From IMG/VR virus record IMGVR_UViG_3300003937_000325: 64,000 bases of DNA; one strand, 5' to 3'. The stretch is from a virus. Lineage: Duplodnaviria > Caudoviricetes. Of the stretch, positions 19,548-28,259 are shown one piece after another. The first letter of the stretch is position 1; every line of letters starts with the position of its first letter. The position numbers were made by a program, and so were the translations under genes. The notes beneath the pieces are model-generated. The model did not search any database and had not been told where the DNA came from. It saw only the letters and a program-made list of their open reading frames with translations.

Positions 19548-21133
19548 AATCTACCTGAGACATTTTTACCAAAATCTTTATGTGCTCTACACGCCCAATA
19601 ACCCGCCTTAGTTTTGTCTTTTTTCTTAGCACACTGATGTCTAGCCGCAAATGATTTACGAGCACCTGGGTCGTTCCATTTAGCTGTCATAACAGGTGAC
19701 CCATAAGAAACTTTTATAACTTTACCCGTTTTGGGGTTTTTAACGTACACATACCACTTTTTAGGTCCACCTGACTTAGGTTTGTTTAAACTAACATCTT
19801 TACCTTTATATTCGGCCTCATCTATTTCATTGGCATATGTTCCATCCCAACTAAAGGATTGTTCGTTTACCATTGGAAAATCAAATGGTAATCTTTCACC
19901 CTTATAATTAAAAAATTTACCTCTATCTGATTCTAATAACTCGATTTCTTCTTCTGACCATTCATTATGACCATCATTATATAACTTACGACCCTCATTA
20001 ATCACATCAAAGTATTTGGGGCTACCATATCTAAAAACATTTTCAGTTAATGAAATACGATTATCAATATGATATTGTAATTCTTCAGATATTACGGTCT
20101 TTTCTTTAGTGTATGACTTTAAAACCGATTCAATTAATTTAGTATCATCGACTAAATCCTCATCCTCTTTTTCGGGTTCACTTAACGGTATGGATACATC
20201 GTCAAAAGAATCTAACGTTTTTGGTTGTAATGGTGGGTCTAATAAAAATCTTTGATTAATCCAACTTCTTAATTCATTTTCAACAAAAAATTCAGGAACA
20301 GGTTTATCATCTGGCTCGTTTGATGCTATTTCTGAAATATGATAAGCGAATTTTAGTTTGTTTTCATTATTCATTAAATTCATTAACCCATCACTTATAA
20401 AAAATATTTGACTAAACGGGTCCACAGGATTAATATCTCCTTCAGCAAAACTAAATACCTTCATAATTGCCTTCGCCCACCAAGATTTATAGGATGACGT
20501 TTCTTTTAATGTTGGACCTATTAGTTTATTAAGTGCTCTAACTGCAGATGTAAACATTCCCGCTACGGCAATTTGTGGTATAAACCAAGGCATTAAACGT
20601 ATAAATGCTTTAAATCCACCTTCACCTACATGTTTAGCTAATCTTTTATTTTTAGCTCCGTTAACGATACTTCTTAATTGTCCAAAAGTAATGGGTCCTT
20701 GAGCGTTACAGAATTTTTTAGCGTCACAAATACTTTTAACTACTTTACTTGAAACATTAACGTCGCCCCCTAATTCCTCTAATACTAAGTTAACTAACTT
20801 ATCTATTGATTCATTTTTCTTTTTATAATTCTTCACTTTAATTCTTGTTGGTTTTTGACCTTTCCCTGTTTGAGTATCTTTCTTTTCTTTTTCTCGTTTC
20901 CTACGACAAGCCGAGTCTTTATCTTTCTGAGACATTTTACCTGCAACACCAGCACCTCGACATACGGGATACGCTCCTTTGTCTGCGTCTCCACGACCAC
21001 ATGGCGGGTGACCACCACCTTTTTTCTTTTTACATATATTAACCCATGGACCCTTTGGTTGTGAGGAACCTTTCTTTTTTTTCTTCTTTCCAAACCAAAC
21101 GGCTAAATCTTCTGTTAAAATATATTCACTCAT
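19541..21133 (-). CDS. Multidomain late protein: N-terminal Cys/basic domain and C-terminal DUF6321-like domain
   Basis: HPPCGRGDADKGAYPVCR at the N-terminus; KVSYGSP...ARKSFAARHQC...AGYWACR at the C-terminus. Confidence 0.65.
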   Translation of the reverse strand: MSEYILTEDLAVWFGKKKKKKGSSQPKGPWVNICKKKKGGGHPPCGRGDADKGAYPVCRGAGVAGKMSQKDKDSACRRKREKEKKDTQTGKGQKPTRIKVKNYKKKNESIDKLVNLVLEELGGDVNVSSKVVKSICDAKKFCNAQGPITFGQLRSIVNGAKNKRLAKHVGEGGFKAFIRLMPWFIPQIAVAGMFTSAVRALNKLIGPTLKETSSYKSWWAKAIMKVFSFAEGDINPVDPFSQIFFISDGLMNLMNNENKLKFAYHISEIASNEPDDKPVPEFFVENELRSWINQRFLLDPPLQPKTLDSFDDVSIPLSEPEKEDEDLVDDTKLIESVLKSYTKEKTVISEELQYHIDNRISLTENVFRYGSPKYFDVINEGRKLYNDGHNEWSEEEIELLESDRGKFFNYKGERLPFDFPMVNEQSFSWDGTYANEIDEAEYKGKDVSLNKPKSGGPKKWYVYVKNPKTGKVIKVSYGSPVMTAKWNDPGARKSFAARHQCAKKKDKTKAGYWACRAHKDFGKNVSGRFW

Positions 21134-21213
21134 ACTTGATTATTACTATAATTTTATTATCTATTAAATAAATATAACGAGAAATAAACTTATTCATTAA
21201 ATAAAAAAACAAA

Positions 21214-21615
21214 ATGGCTAAAGCTAAAAAGACAACGTCTGACGAGACAAAAAAACCAACAGCTAGAAAAACTAGAACTAAAAAAACTGAAACTAAACCT
21301 GTAGAGGAAAAAGTGAGTGAAGTTTTAGAAGGTCAAGGTACCGAACAATCTGTTGATGAACAACCAAAACCTATTGGAACATTATTTGACACTATAAACT
21401 ATAGTAATCTTCAAGATTTAGATAAGTTTGTACAGAACTTAAATGGTGACCAATCATTGTACTGTGTGGTACACGCGGCTAAATCGGCACACAAACGAGG
21501 TGCATTTAGTATTGAAGAGTCTGAAGTGATTTCAAGAGCTATCAGAGTGTTAACTACACCTCCTGAGGATAAAGAAAAATCAGTTCCTGACCCTGAAGTA
21601 CACAAAGCAGATTAA
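21214..21615 (+). CDS. Hypothetical protein
   Basis: 133-aa ORF with a Lys/Thr-rich N-terminus, followed by a terminator. Confidence 0.75.
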   Translation: MAKAKKTTSDETKKPTARKTRTKKTETKPVEEKVSEVLEGQGTEQSVDEQPKPIGTLFDTINYSNLQDLDKFVQNLNGDQSLYCVVHAAKSAHKRGAFSIEESEVISRAIRVLTTPPEDKEKSVPDPEVHKAD

Positions 21616-21622
21616 TTAAATT

Positions 21623-21645
21623 AAAAAGGGACATTGTCCCTTTTT
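21623..21645. terminator. Rho-independent terminator (bidirectional)
   Basis: AAAAAGGGAC-ATT-GTCCCTTTTT perfect inverted repeat. Confidence 0.8.
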
Positions 21646-21665
21646 TTATGCAAAAAAAATACATT

Positions 21666-21866
21666 ATGACTAGAAGTGAAATAAGTACAAAAATTGTGAA
21701 AAATGAAATGATTATGATGAGGGCACGTAATAATGGTCATAAACCAAATGATGGTGATAAATTTCAACCATTAAGAATTGAAAATGAAATTTTAAGATGT
21801 ATGTATTTTGGGGAAGACTCCCCTCATTGTATTAGAAACTATACAAATAAAAAAGGGGACCAATAA
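21666..21866 (+). CDS. Hypothetical protein
   Basis: Track ORF 21648..21866; the more likely start is ATG 21666, after the terminator. Confidence 0.5.
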   Translation: MTRSEISTKIVKNEMIMMRARNNGHKPNDGDKFQPLRIENEILRCMYFGEDSPHCIRNYTNKKGDQ

Positions 21867-21876
21867 GGTCCCCTTT
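21852..21876. terminator. Rho-independent terminator downstream of the major capsid gene
   Basis: AAAGGGGACC-AATAA-GGTCCCCTTT. Confidence 0.8.
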
Positions 21877-21896
21877 AATATTCCTATTAAGATATA

Positions 21897-23639
21897 TTAT
21901 CTTAAAGAGTTCAAGTCAAATGTTCTAACACCATCAACTACGATTCTACCATAGAAACGGTTATTAACCATTTTCTTAGCGTATCTCGTCATAATACCCT
22001 TTATCGGAGTAAAGTTGAACGGGTTATACATTGTAGGTGTCAACTGTAATGGTACATACGGTGCGTAAACGTACCCTGTATCCAATAATGAAGAACCTTT
22101 ATGTCCCAATAAAACAGTGTTTGGTGGGAAGTAAGGGTCTCTGTACACTTGGTATCTACCTGATAATGTACCTACTCTTTCAATACCCATGTTGTATTGG
22201 TCTTGGTCTGGAGCCGCATTTGATACGTGGAAGTATTCCAAGTCATCAAAGATAGCTGAAATTTCCGAAGAAACAACAATCCAGTTAGCTCCACCTCTTA
22301 ATGTAGATTTGTGAATTTGAGCTGAGATTTGGTTAATCGCAGTAATCAATGTCTGATTCCAGTCTTTTTGGTTATAGTTAACTGAACCATTAGACACTCT
22401 CTTCCATCCGTTGTAATCCCAACGTAATGTCCAAGCCGCACCTTTTCTTAAGTCTCTTAAGATTTCACGGTCAATTTCAGCAGCCACTTGTTCTGATAAT
22501 AAAGCTGTTAATTCAGCCTCAGCATCAATGTTATGGAATGCAGAAACATCTTGTGCTAATTCTGGAGACCATTGTGCTCTTAGTTTTCTTTCTGTAACCG
22601 ATACAGTAACTGCATCAAGGTCAAAAGAAACTTCACCCATTTGGTCTTCGAATTCTAAGTCAGCATATACTCTGTAAGTCGCACCAACCGTAGGGTTAGC
22701 CGCGAATGTAGTACCTGTATAACCATCGATTGAACAGTTAGCACATCCAACAACAGGTGTTGAAGTATCAACTGATAAATAAATTACACCGTCAGCAGTA
22801 CAAATATCATCATACTTACCACCTGGTCCTGTATAGTTTCCTGGAGGGAAGTTAGTTTGAGATTCGTTACCGTATTGAACGATACCTTTACCGTACTTCT
22901 GTGTTACCACGTTAAAGTTAAAGTAATCACCACCTATTTGTACTTCTAATGATGCTAAGAAATCCTCAGTATCTTGTTCGTTACCTGTAGGTCCGATTAA
23001 TTTACCTTGACCTGCAGATGCAAATCCTGATAATGCAACTAAAAGTGTTCTTTGGTTACCTGCATAATCACCTGCAGCCGCAACTACTAATGATGAACCA
23101 TCCCATTTTACTAATGTGGTATTAGCAGCAATTCCTGAAAACGCTCCTTTAGAGTAATCGAATAACCCAGCTGGGTCTGAATTCGGTGCAGAACCTTCGT
23201 AAAATCTATCATAAAGGTTTTTACCTGAACCGTAGTTTACTGACGTACCAGAAGGACCATTAGGTGCTCCGAAAGGTGCAACATGTGTTCCATCAGCATT
23301 TCTGTTCTGAATTTTAGGTACAAAGTAGAATAATTTACCGATTGGTAAGTTCATCGCTTGTACTGATACGATATCATTAGCTAATAATTTAGAGAATACT
23401 CTTCTAATGATAGGGAAGACTACTGTTTCAAATGAACCTGAGTTATCTGAAGCAGATGCTTCGTTAATTAAGTGAGACGCTTGGTTTTCATATAATTGTG
23501 CCATGTTCTCTTTTACGTGACCTTTAAGACCCTCTAGGAATCCTAATTTGTCCCATTTGTTGATTGTGTCTTCTTTGATAACTTTAAGGTGTTTTAACCC
23601 AATATTACCAACAAGACCTGATTCTAATAATGCTCCCAT
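21897..23639 (-). CDS. gp23: Major capsid protein, T4 gp23-like
   Basis: VSVQAMNLPIGKLFY, RKLRAQWSPELAQD, AEIDREI, YAPYVPLQ and KGIMTRYA. Confidence 0.97.
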   Translation of the reverse strand: MGALLESGLVGNIGLKHLKVIKEDTINKWDKLGFLEGLKGHVKENMAQLYENQASHLINEASASDNSGSFETVVFPIIRRVFSKLLANDIVSVQAMNLPIGKLFYFVPKIQNRNADGTHVAPFGAPNGPSGTSVNYGSGKNLYDRFYEGSAPNSDPAGLFDYSKGAFSGIAANTTLVKWDGSSLVVAAAGDYAGNQRTLLVALSGFASAGQGKLIGPTGNEQDTEDFLASLEVQIGGDYFNFNVVTQKYGKGIVQYGNESQTNFPPGNYTGPGGKYDDICTADGVIYLSVDTSTPVVGCANCSIDGYTGTTFAANPTVGATYRVYADLEFEDQMGEVSFDLDAVTVSVTERKLRAQWSPELAQDVSAFHNIDAEAELTALLSEQVAAEIDREILRDLRKGAAWTLRWDYNGWKRVSNGSVNYNQKDWNQTLITAINQISAQIHKSTLRGGANWIVVSSEISAIFDDLEYFHVSNAAPDQDQYNMGIERVGTLSGRYQVYRDPYFPPNTVLLGHKGSSLLDTGYVYAPYVPLQLTPTMYNPFNFTPIKGIMTRYAKKMVNNRFYGRIVVDGVRTFDLNSLR

Positions 23640-23663
23640 TTTAGTATTTGTTTTTTTTAAATT

Positions 23664-25196
23664 TTATTTTTGAAGTTTACCCATTAAATCCTTCATTCTC
23701 ATGAACTGAGGATTTTCGTAAGTTTTACTTTCGATAAGATTTGTAGCAGAACCTTTAGATGGTGATTTCTGTACTTTAGATGCAACTGATTCAGTTACAA
23801 CTGCAGAACTTCCTTTCGAGTCTAAATCTTCTTTTACAGTCTTATAAAGACTTTTCGATTCCTTGATTGTTTCAGCAGAATCAAAACGTCTTAAAATGTT
23901 TATTTTTTCTTGTTTTGTTGTCGAATGCTCAGTAAACAGTCGAGTAGCGTATGCTAGATTTGAATTGAAAACAGCAACTTCATTAAGTTTTTCTTTAAAG
24001 ATGTTAAGTGCCTTACGGTACTCTTCATTTTTTTCTCTTAATTGTTTTACTTCTTTCTCAAGTGATTCATTGTACCTTGCTCTATTAGGAATAGAATGTG
24101 GTTTTGAAAGTCCTTTAGATTTATCAGAAGATGCTTTCTGTCCAGCAGCGTGACTTCTCACCATACCTTCTTTAGCCTCTTCGTAATCTTTGTGAGATTT
24201 TGAATCATCACCTTTTTTACCTCCGAACTCTTCATTAGATTCTTCATAATCCTTGTGAGATTTTGAGTCGTCTCCTTTTTTACCTCCATACTCTTCGTAA
24301 TGTTCCTCTTTGTGATGTTCTTCAGCATCGTGGTGTGCGTCTTTTTTCAACTTCTCAATTTGTGAGTAGTCGTCTTCAGCTGCGTCACCATAATAGTTTC
24401 CGTCATCCTCTCCGAGTTCAATTTCATAAACTACTTCGTCTCCTTCGTTAGATTCTTCATAATCCTTGTGAGATTTTGAATCGTCACCTTTCTTACCTCC
24501 GTATTCTTCATTTGATTCTTCATAATCTTTGTGAGATTTTGAATCATCGCCTTTCTTACCTCCGAATTCTTCGTTAGATTCTTCGTAGTCCTTATGAGAT
24601 TTAGAGTCGTCACCTTTCTTACCTCCGAATTCCTCCATTTGAATTTGATATTCAACATCAGCCTCATCATCTTTAAGTGTGATTTCGTCACCGTCTTGTG
24701 TAACAACGATTCCGTCTTCTTCACCCATAGCTTTAAAGACCTTAAGGATTTCTTCGTCAGATGCGCCTGTAAGGTCAAGTGGTAAAAGAATTTCTTCTTC
24801 GTCATCCACTTCTAACTCATCACCTGGTAAATCCATCATAAGCATATCATCAGTATCAATTTCCATATCATCCTCATCCTCATCGGATTCGTCTTCAATG
24901 TCCATGTCAACATCTAGTTCCATGTCGTCTTCAATGTCAAGTTCGTCTTGTTCTTTTGTTTCGTGCTTTACAGATTTCTCCATATCGTCACCTTCTTCCA
25001 TTTTTTCACCTTCCATTGCTTCAACAGACACTTCGTCTTCAATCTCTTCTTCATTTAGAGATTCTTTTACTAATTCACTGATTTCTTCCTTCATAGTAGA
25101 AGCAAGTATTCCTTTTGCATTCTCCGTAACGGCTTCCTTCAAATTTTCCATTTGTAGTAGCGCTTCTTCAACTAAGTTTTGTTTTTTTTGTGCCAT
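23664..25196 (-). CDS. Prohead core/scaffold protein (gp22-like) with internal 21-aa repeats
   Basis: Acidic coiled-coil protein between protease and capsid genes; C-terminal LNEVAVFNSNLAY and RMKDLMG. Confidence 0.8.
   Translation of the reverse strand: MAQKKQNLVEEALLQMENLKEAVTENAKGILASTMKEEISELVKESLNEEEIEDEVSVEAMEGEKMEEGDDMEKSVKHETKEQDELDIEDDMELDVDMDIEDESDEDEDDMEIDTDDMLMMDLPGDELEVDDEEEILLPLDLTGASDEEILKVFKAMGEEDGIVVTQDGDEITLKDDEADVEYQIQMEEFGGKKGDDSKSHKDYEESNEEFGGKKGDDSKSHKDYEESNEEYGGKKGDDSKSHKDYEESNEGDEVVYEIELGEDDGNYYGDAAEDDYSQIEKLKKDAHHDAEEHHKEEHYEEYGGKKGDDSKSHKDYEESNEEFGGKKGDDSKSHKDYEEAKEGMVRSHAAGQKASSDKSKGLSKPHSIPNRARYNESLEKEVKQLREKNEEYRKALNIFKEKLNEVAVFNSNLAYATRLFTEHSTTKQEKINILRRFDSAETIKESKSLYKTVKEDLDSKGSSAVVTESVASKVQKSPSKGSATNLIESKTYENPQFMRMKDLMGKLQK
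24171..24635 (-). repeat. Five 63-bp coding repeats (EE[FY]GGKKGDDSKSHKDYEESN) in blocks of three and two
   Basis: Three units at 24447-24635 and two at 24171-24296, separated by 50 codons; variation is mostly synonymous. Confidence 0.92.
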
Positions 25197-25238
25197 TTTA
25201 GTTATTTTTTTGCAAAATGTTTATTTATAGTTTTTATA

Positions 25239-25245
25239 ATAAATA
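25239..25245 (-). promoter_or_regulatory. Late motif TATTTAT (scaffold and capsid genes)
   Basis: 42 nt before ATG 25196. Confidence 0.55.
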
Positions 25246-25290
25246 TACACGAATTAAAAAAAAATCACTTTATAAAACAATAGGCAAAAA

Positions 25291-25313
25291 AAAATCGGGG
25301 TTTACCCGATTTT
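25291..25313. terminator. Rho-independent terminator
   Basis: AAAATCGGG-GTTTA-CCCGATTTT. Confidence 0.75.
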
Positions 25314-25338
25314 AATTTTATAATATGTATGTGAAGTA

Positions 25339-25548
25339 TTACTCGATTACTTCATCAATTTTACTTTCGACACATGCAGATATTCTCCAATCGTGAGTAA
25401 AACCTTCAAAGGCTTTAGTAACTTTAGCCTCAACATCTGTTACGTTAAAACCTTTAACTAATTTTTCTTCTCTGATTTTTTTAATCTTACCTGAATGCTC
25501 GTCTGGCATATCATACTGAATTTTTGCTACAAAATACTTTTCTTCCAT
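25339..25548 (-). CDS. DUF4494-like small protein
   Basis: YFVAKIQY...KKIREEKLVKGFNVTDVEAKV...ESKIDEV resembles the Bacteroidota DUF4494 family. Confidence 0.55.
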   Translation of the reverse strand: MEEKYFVAKIQYDMPDEHSGKIKKIREEKLVKGFNVTDVEAKVTKAFEGFTHDWRISACVESKIDEVIE

Positions 25549-25572
25549 TTTATTTTTTTTTCTTAGTTTTAA

Positions 25573-26295
25573 TTAATATCCTAAATAATCGGTTAATTTT
25601 TTCATTAAGTCAAGTGATTTGTCTAAACCTTTTTCAGGTTCACCATTTACACTTCTTTGTTTTGTCTCTTCTTCAATGTTCTCATCGTACTTCATTCTAT
25701 CATCTTGATTAAGGAATAAGTAAGCTCCTGGTGTTGATGGTGAAGATACTAAATCAAAACAAATTAATTCAAAATCGTCCTGCACTTCATTCCTTTCACC
25801 TTTTTTAACTAAAGAACCTACACCACGAGATGATACCCCCATAGTGACTCCCTGTCTCATAAGATTTGCCGCTTGGTCTCCTGGACATGATACAACACCT
25901 GTTTTATGAAAACCTGGTGATGTCAATAATTTTATTTTACCCATTAGAACATTACCTTCCCACCACATATCAGTTATCAAGTGTGATACACGGTCTAAGT
26001 CGATAAGTGACGATTCAGGGTGATTAAGTTCTGATATCGATAATCCTTTCTTTATTGCCTCTTGGTATTTTTCACCTTCTCTCCTTAATATTGATTCGGG
26101 ATATATTCTACCGTTTCTATTTGGTGTGTCGTATTTTTGTAATACTGCGTAAAACTCAAAAGGTTTAGAATGGTCTAATTGACCGTATGATTCTTTTATA
26201 ATATCGGCGTTACGTTTATCGTTTGGGTTTATAAAACCGGCATCCCACTCAATTAAAATCCCTTTACCCGTATCATTTGGTCCTAATATTTTCAT
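25573..26295 (-). CDS. gp21: Prohead core protease, T4 gp21-like
   Basis: NRNGRIYP, SELNHP (catalytic His), GVSSRGVGS (catalytic Ser) and FDLVSSPS. Confidence 0.95.
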   Translation of the reverse strand: MKILGPNDTGKGILIEWDAGFINPNDKRNADIIKESYGQLDHSKPFEFYAVLQKYDTPNRNGRIYPESILRREGEKYQEAIKKGLSISELNHPESSLIDLDRVSHLITDMWWEGNVLMGKIKLLTSPGFHKTGVVSCPGDQAANLMRQGVTMGVSSRGVGSLVKKGERNEVQDDFELICFDLVSSPSTPGAYLFLNQDDRMKYDENIEEETKQRSVNGEPEKGLDKSLDLMKKLTDYLGY

Positions 26296-26307
26296 ATCTT
26301 TTATTTT

Positions 26308-26314
26308 ATAAATA
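26308..26314 (-). promoter_or_regulatory. Late motif TATTTAT (prohead protease)
   Basis: 12 nt before ATG 26295. Confidence 0.6.
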
Positions 26315-26322
26315 TGCTACGT

Positions 26323-26709
26323 TTAGTATTCCATCGAGATAAAAACGTCCCATTCACTTATTCTAATTGGAGTTACTCTTAATAATTGGTTTATTTTGTC
26401 ACTAACGAATATCTTATATTCTGTTGTTAAAACAGAATCGTCACCTTCTCCTGAGAAAAAAACGTAGTTATTCGCGAAGTCTGTAACTTCCTGTCCTTTA
26501 TAAATTACTTTACCAATTTCAACCCGAACACTTATATCTTCGTCTTGAATATCACCTTCTATCATAACACTACTTGGTAAAATAAAAGTATCCCCATAAC
26601 CAAATTCATATATAAATTTTTTAGGGTCTATAAGATTATTAAGATTATCTACAAGCGTATTTGCTTCAAATAATCTTAATAATTGACTTTCATTAATTAC
26701 GACTTTCAT
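26323..26709 (-). CDS. Hypothetical late protein with leader MKVVINESQL...LFE
   Basis: 128-aa ORF with the late motif upstream. Confidence 0.7.
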   Translation of the reverse strand: MKVVINESQLLRLFEANTLVDNLNNLIDPKKFIYEFGYGDTFILPSSVMIEGDIQDEDISVRVEIGKVIYKGQEVTDFANNYVFFSGEGDDSVLTTEYKIFVSDKINQLLRVTPIRISEWDVFISMEY

Positions 26710-26733
26710 TTAGTTGTTTTAACTATAAATAGA

Positions 26734-27171
26734 TTAAACAGACTGTTTTTTAGTTTTATGTAGTATAAAATATTTTGATTTCATTAACGGATACCCATAT
26801 AATGTATTAACTATTTGTTTTATCCTGTCTCTAAGTATCAACGATTTAAAGTCTATTTGTTCTTTTACAAATAATGTTACCTCTAAATTCATAAAACTTC
26901 TTTTACCTAATTGTATACCACTACTTCTTAAATCTAAATCGACTATGTTATGTTTTTCAAATAATAACGGGTCCACCGATTCTAATAAGTGATGTTTAAT
27001 GTCCCTCTCTAACATACCTGTCGTTCTAACCCAATTATGAGCCGTCATTGTTGGTTCCACCCAACTTTGTATGAGAATATAAACTGATTTTAATTTTTTT
27101 GCATCTACTGTTCCATAACTACATTTCGCGTTTTCGTATCCCGTTAATTGGGACGTTTTTCCTTTTTTCAT
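26734..27171 (-). CDS. Hypothetical protein
   Basis: 145-aa ORF, divergent from rpsU. Confidence 0.75.
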   Translation of the reverse strand: MKKGKTSQLTGYENAKCSYGTVDAKKLKSVYILIQSWVEPTMTAHNWVRTTGMLERDIKHHLLESVDPLLFEKHNIVDLDLRSSGIQLGKRSFMNLEVTLFVKEQIDFKSLILRDRIKQIVNTLYGYPLMKSKYFILHKTKKQSV

Positions 27172-27257
27172 ATAAATTCATAATATCTAATGTTTATTTG
27201 TTCGTTAAAAATATAACTATAAAAAGTACGATTGTCAAAATATTGATAAGTTGAATA

Positions 27258-27264
27258 TATTTAT
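27258..27264 (+). promoter_or_regulatory. Late motif TATTTAT (rpsU)
   Basis: 15 nt before ATG 27280. Confidence 0.6.
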
Positions 27265-27279
27265 TATAATAAGTCATAT

Positions 27280-27471
27280 ATGTTAATAATAGAAATAGGA
27301 AAAAAAGAAAATATCGAAAGAGCCTTAAAAAGGTATAAGAATAAAGTTTATAAGACTAAACAGTTGAATAGGCTTCGAGAGGAAAAAGAGTTTACTAAGA
27401 AGTCTACTAAGAGACGTAAACAAAAACAAAAAGCCATTTATATCCAAAAAATAAAGGATTCAGAAATCTGA
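27280..27471 (+). CDS. rpsU: 30S ribosomal protein bS21 (phage-encoded)
   Basis: MLII...ENIERALKRYKNK...LRE..EFTKKS.KRR, a Bacteroidota-type S21 of 63 aa. Confidence 0.92.
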   Translation: MLIIEIGKKENIERALKRYKNKVYKTKQLNRLREEKEFTKKSTKRRKQKQKAIYIQKIKDSEI

Positions 27472-27480
27472 ACCCTTTTT
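27453..27480. terminator. Terminator overlapping the rpsU stop
   Basis: AAAGGATTCAG-AAAT-CTGAACCCTTT followed by a T run. Confidence 0.6.
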
Positions 27481-27504
27481 TTATTTTATATATGTAATTT
27501 AAAG

Positions 27505-28239
27505 TTATAAACCGTGTTCTAATTGTTTTAACTTATAAAGTGAAGTTAATGAAATTTCGGACTCATTAATATGACTTATAGTCTGATTTACTTTTTCATG
27601 TAAATCTTCATCATTCGATTCATTAATTTTTTCAGTTAATTTTTCTAATACAATACTTTTAGAATTTACAATCTCTTCAGCTAATTCAGTTTTAGAGAGT
27701 GATAAAAGAGCCTTTAATTCTTTTTTATCTTCCTCACTGATATCACCATATTCCTTATTAAATGTGTTTGTTGCTATTTTTAACATAGAACTTAAAGGAA
27801 TGTTAACTGATTCGTTAATTTTCACATCATCTTTATTTTCACCTAATAACTTTTTTATATTATTTTTACACTCTAAAACTTCTTCTAAGTTTCTAACCGA
27901 GTTATTATAAACTACAGTATCAATATCGGTATAGTTGTTATCTGAATTATTTTTTAATCCTTCAGAAACCCACATATTAATTTCTTTAATTTTTTTATCC
28001 TCAGTAGTTAATATATCTTTTATTGTTTCAATACATTCATTTACGTAGTCATCAACAATTTCTTTGGATAAACCTTTTTTATTGGAAAGTTCATCATAAA
28101 GAAAATATGCTTCAGCAAGTTTCTCGTTCTCAATTACATGATTTTTAAATGACTTCATATTGGTTTTAAAAGAATTTTTACCATATGACTTAGTCATTAA
28201 AGATTCTATATTTGATTTTATTTGTCCGAATTTATTCAT
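27505..28239 (-). CDS. Hypothetical head-module protein
   Basis: 244-aa helical ORF between portal and rpsU, with the late motif. Confidence 0.75.
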   Translation of the reverse strand: MNKFGQIKSNIESLMTKSYGKNSFKTNMKSFKNHVIENEKLAEAYFLYDELSNKKGLSKEIVDDYVNECIETIKDILTTEDKKIKEINMWVSEGLKNNSDNNYTDIDTVVYNNSVRNLEEVLECKNNIKKLLGENKDDVKINESVNIPLSSMLKIATNTFNKEYGDISEEDKKELKALLSLSKTELAEEIVNSKSIVLEKLTEKINESNDEDLHEKVNQTISHINESEISLTSLYKLKQLEHGL

Positions 28240-28259
28240 AACGTTTTTTATTATAAATA

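Noticed and set aside
18519-21133. Giant-virus (NCLDV) origin, suggested by the Cys/basic mini-domains and eukaryote-like sugar enzymes
   Set aside because: The capsid, portal, protease and terminase are T4-like, and bS21, tmRNA and bacterial promoters indicate a bacteriophage.
24171-24635. Possible CRISPR array or non-coding tandem repeat
   Set aside because: Units are contiguous 63-bp in-frame repeats without unique spacers, vary mainly at third codon positions, and no cas genes are present.
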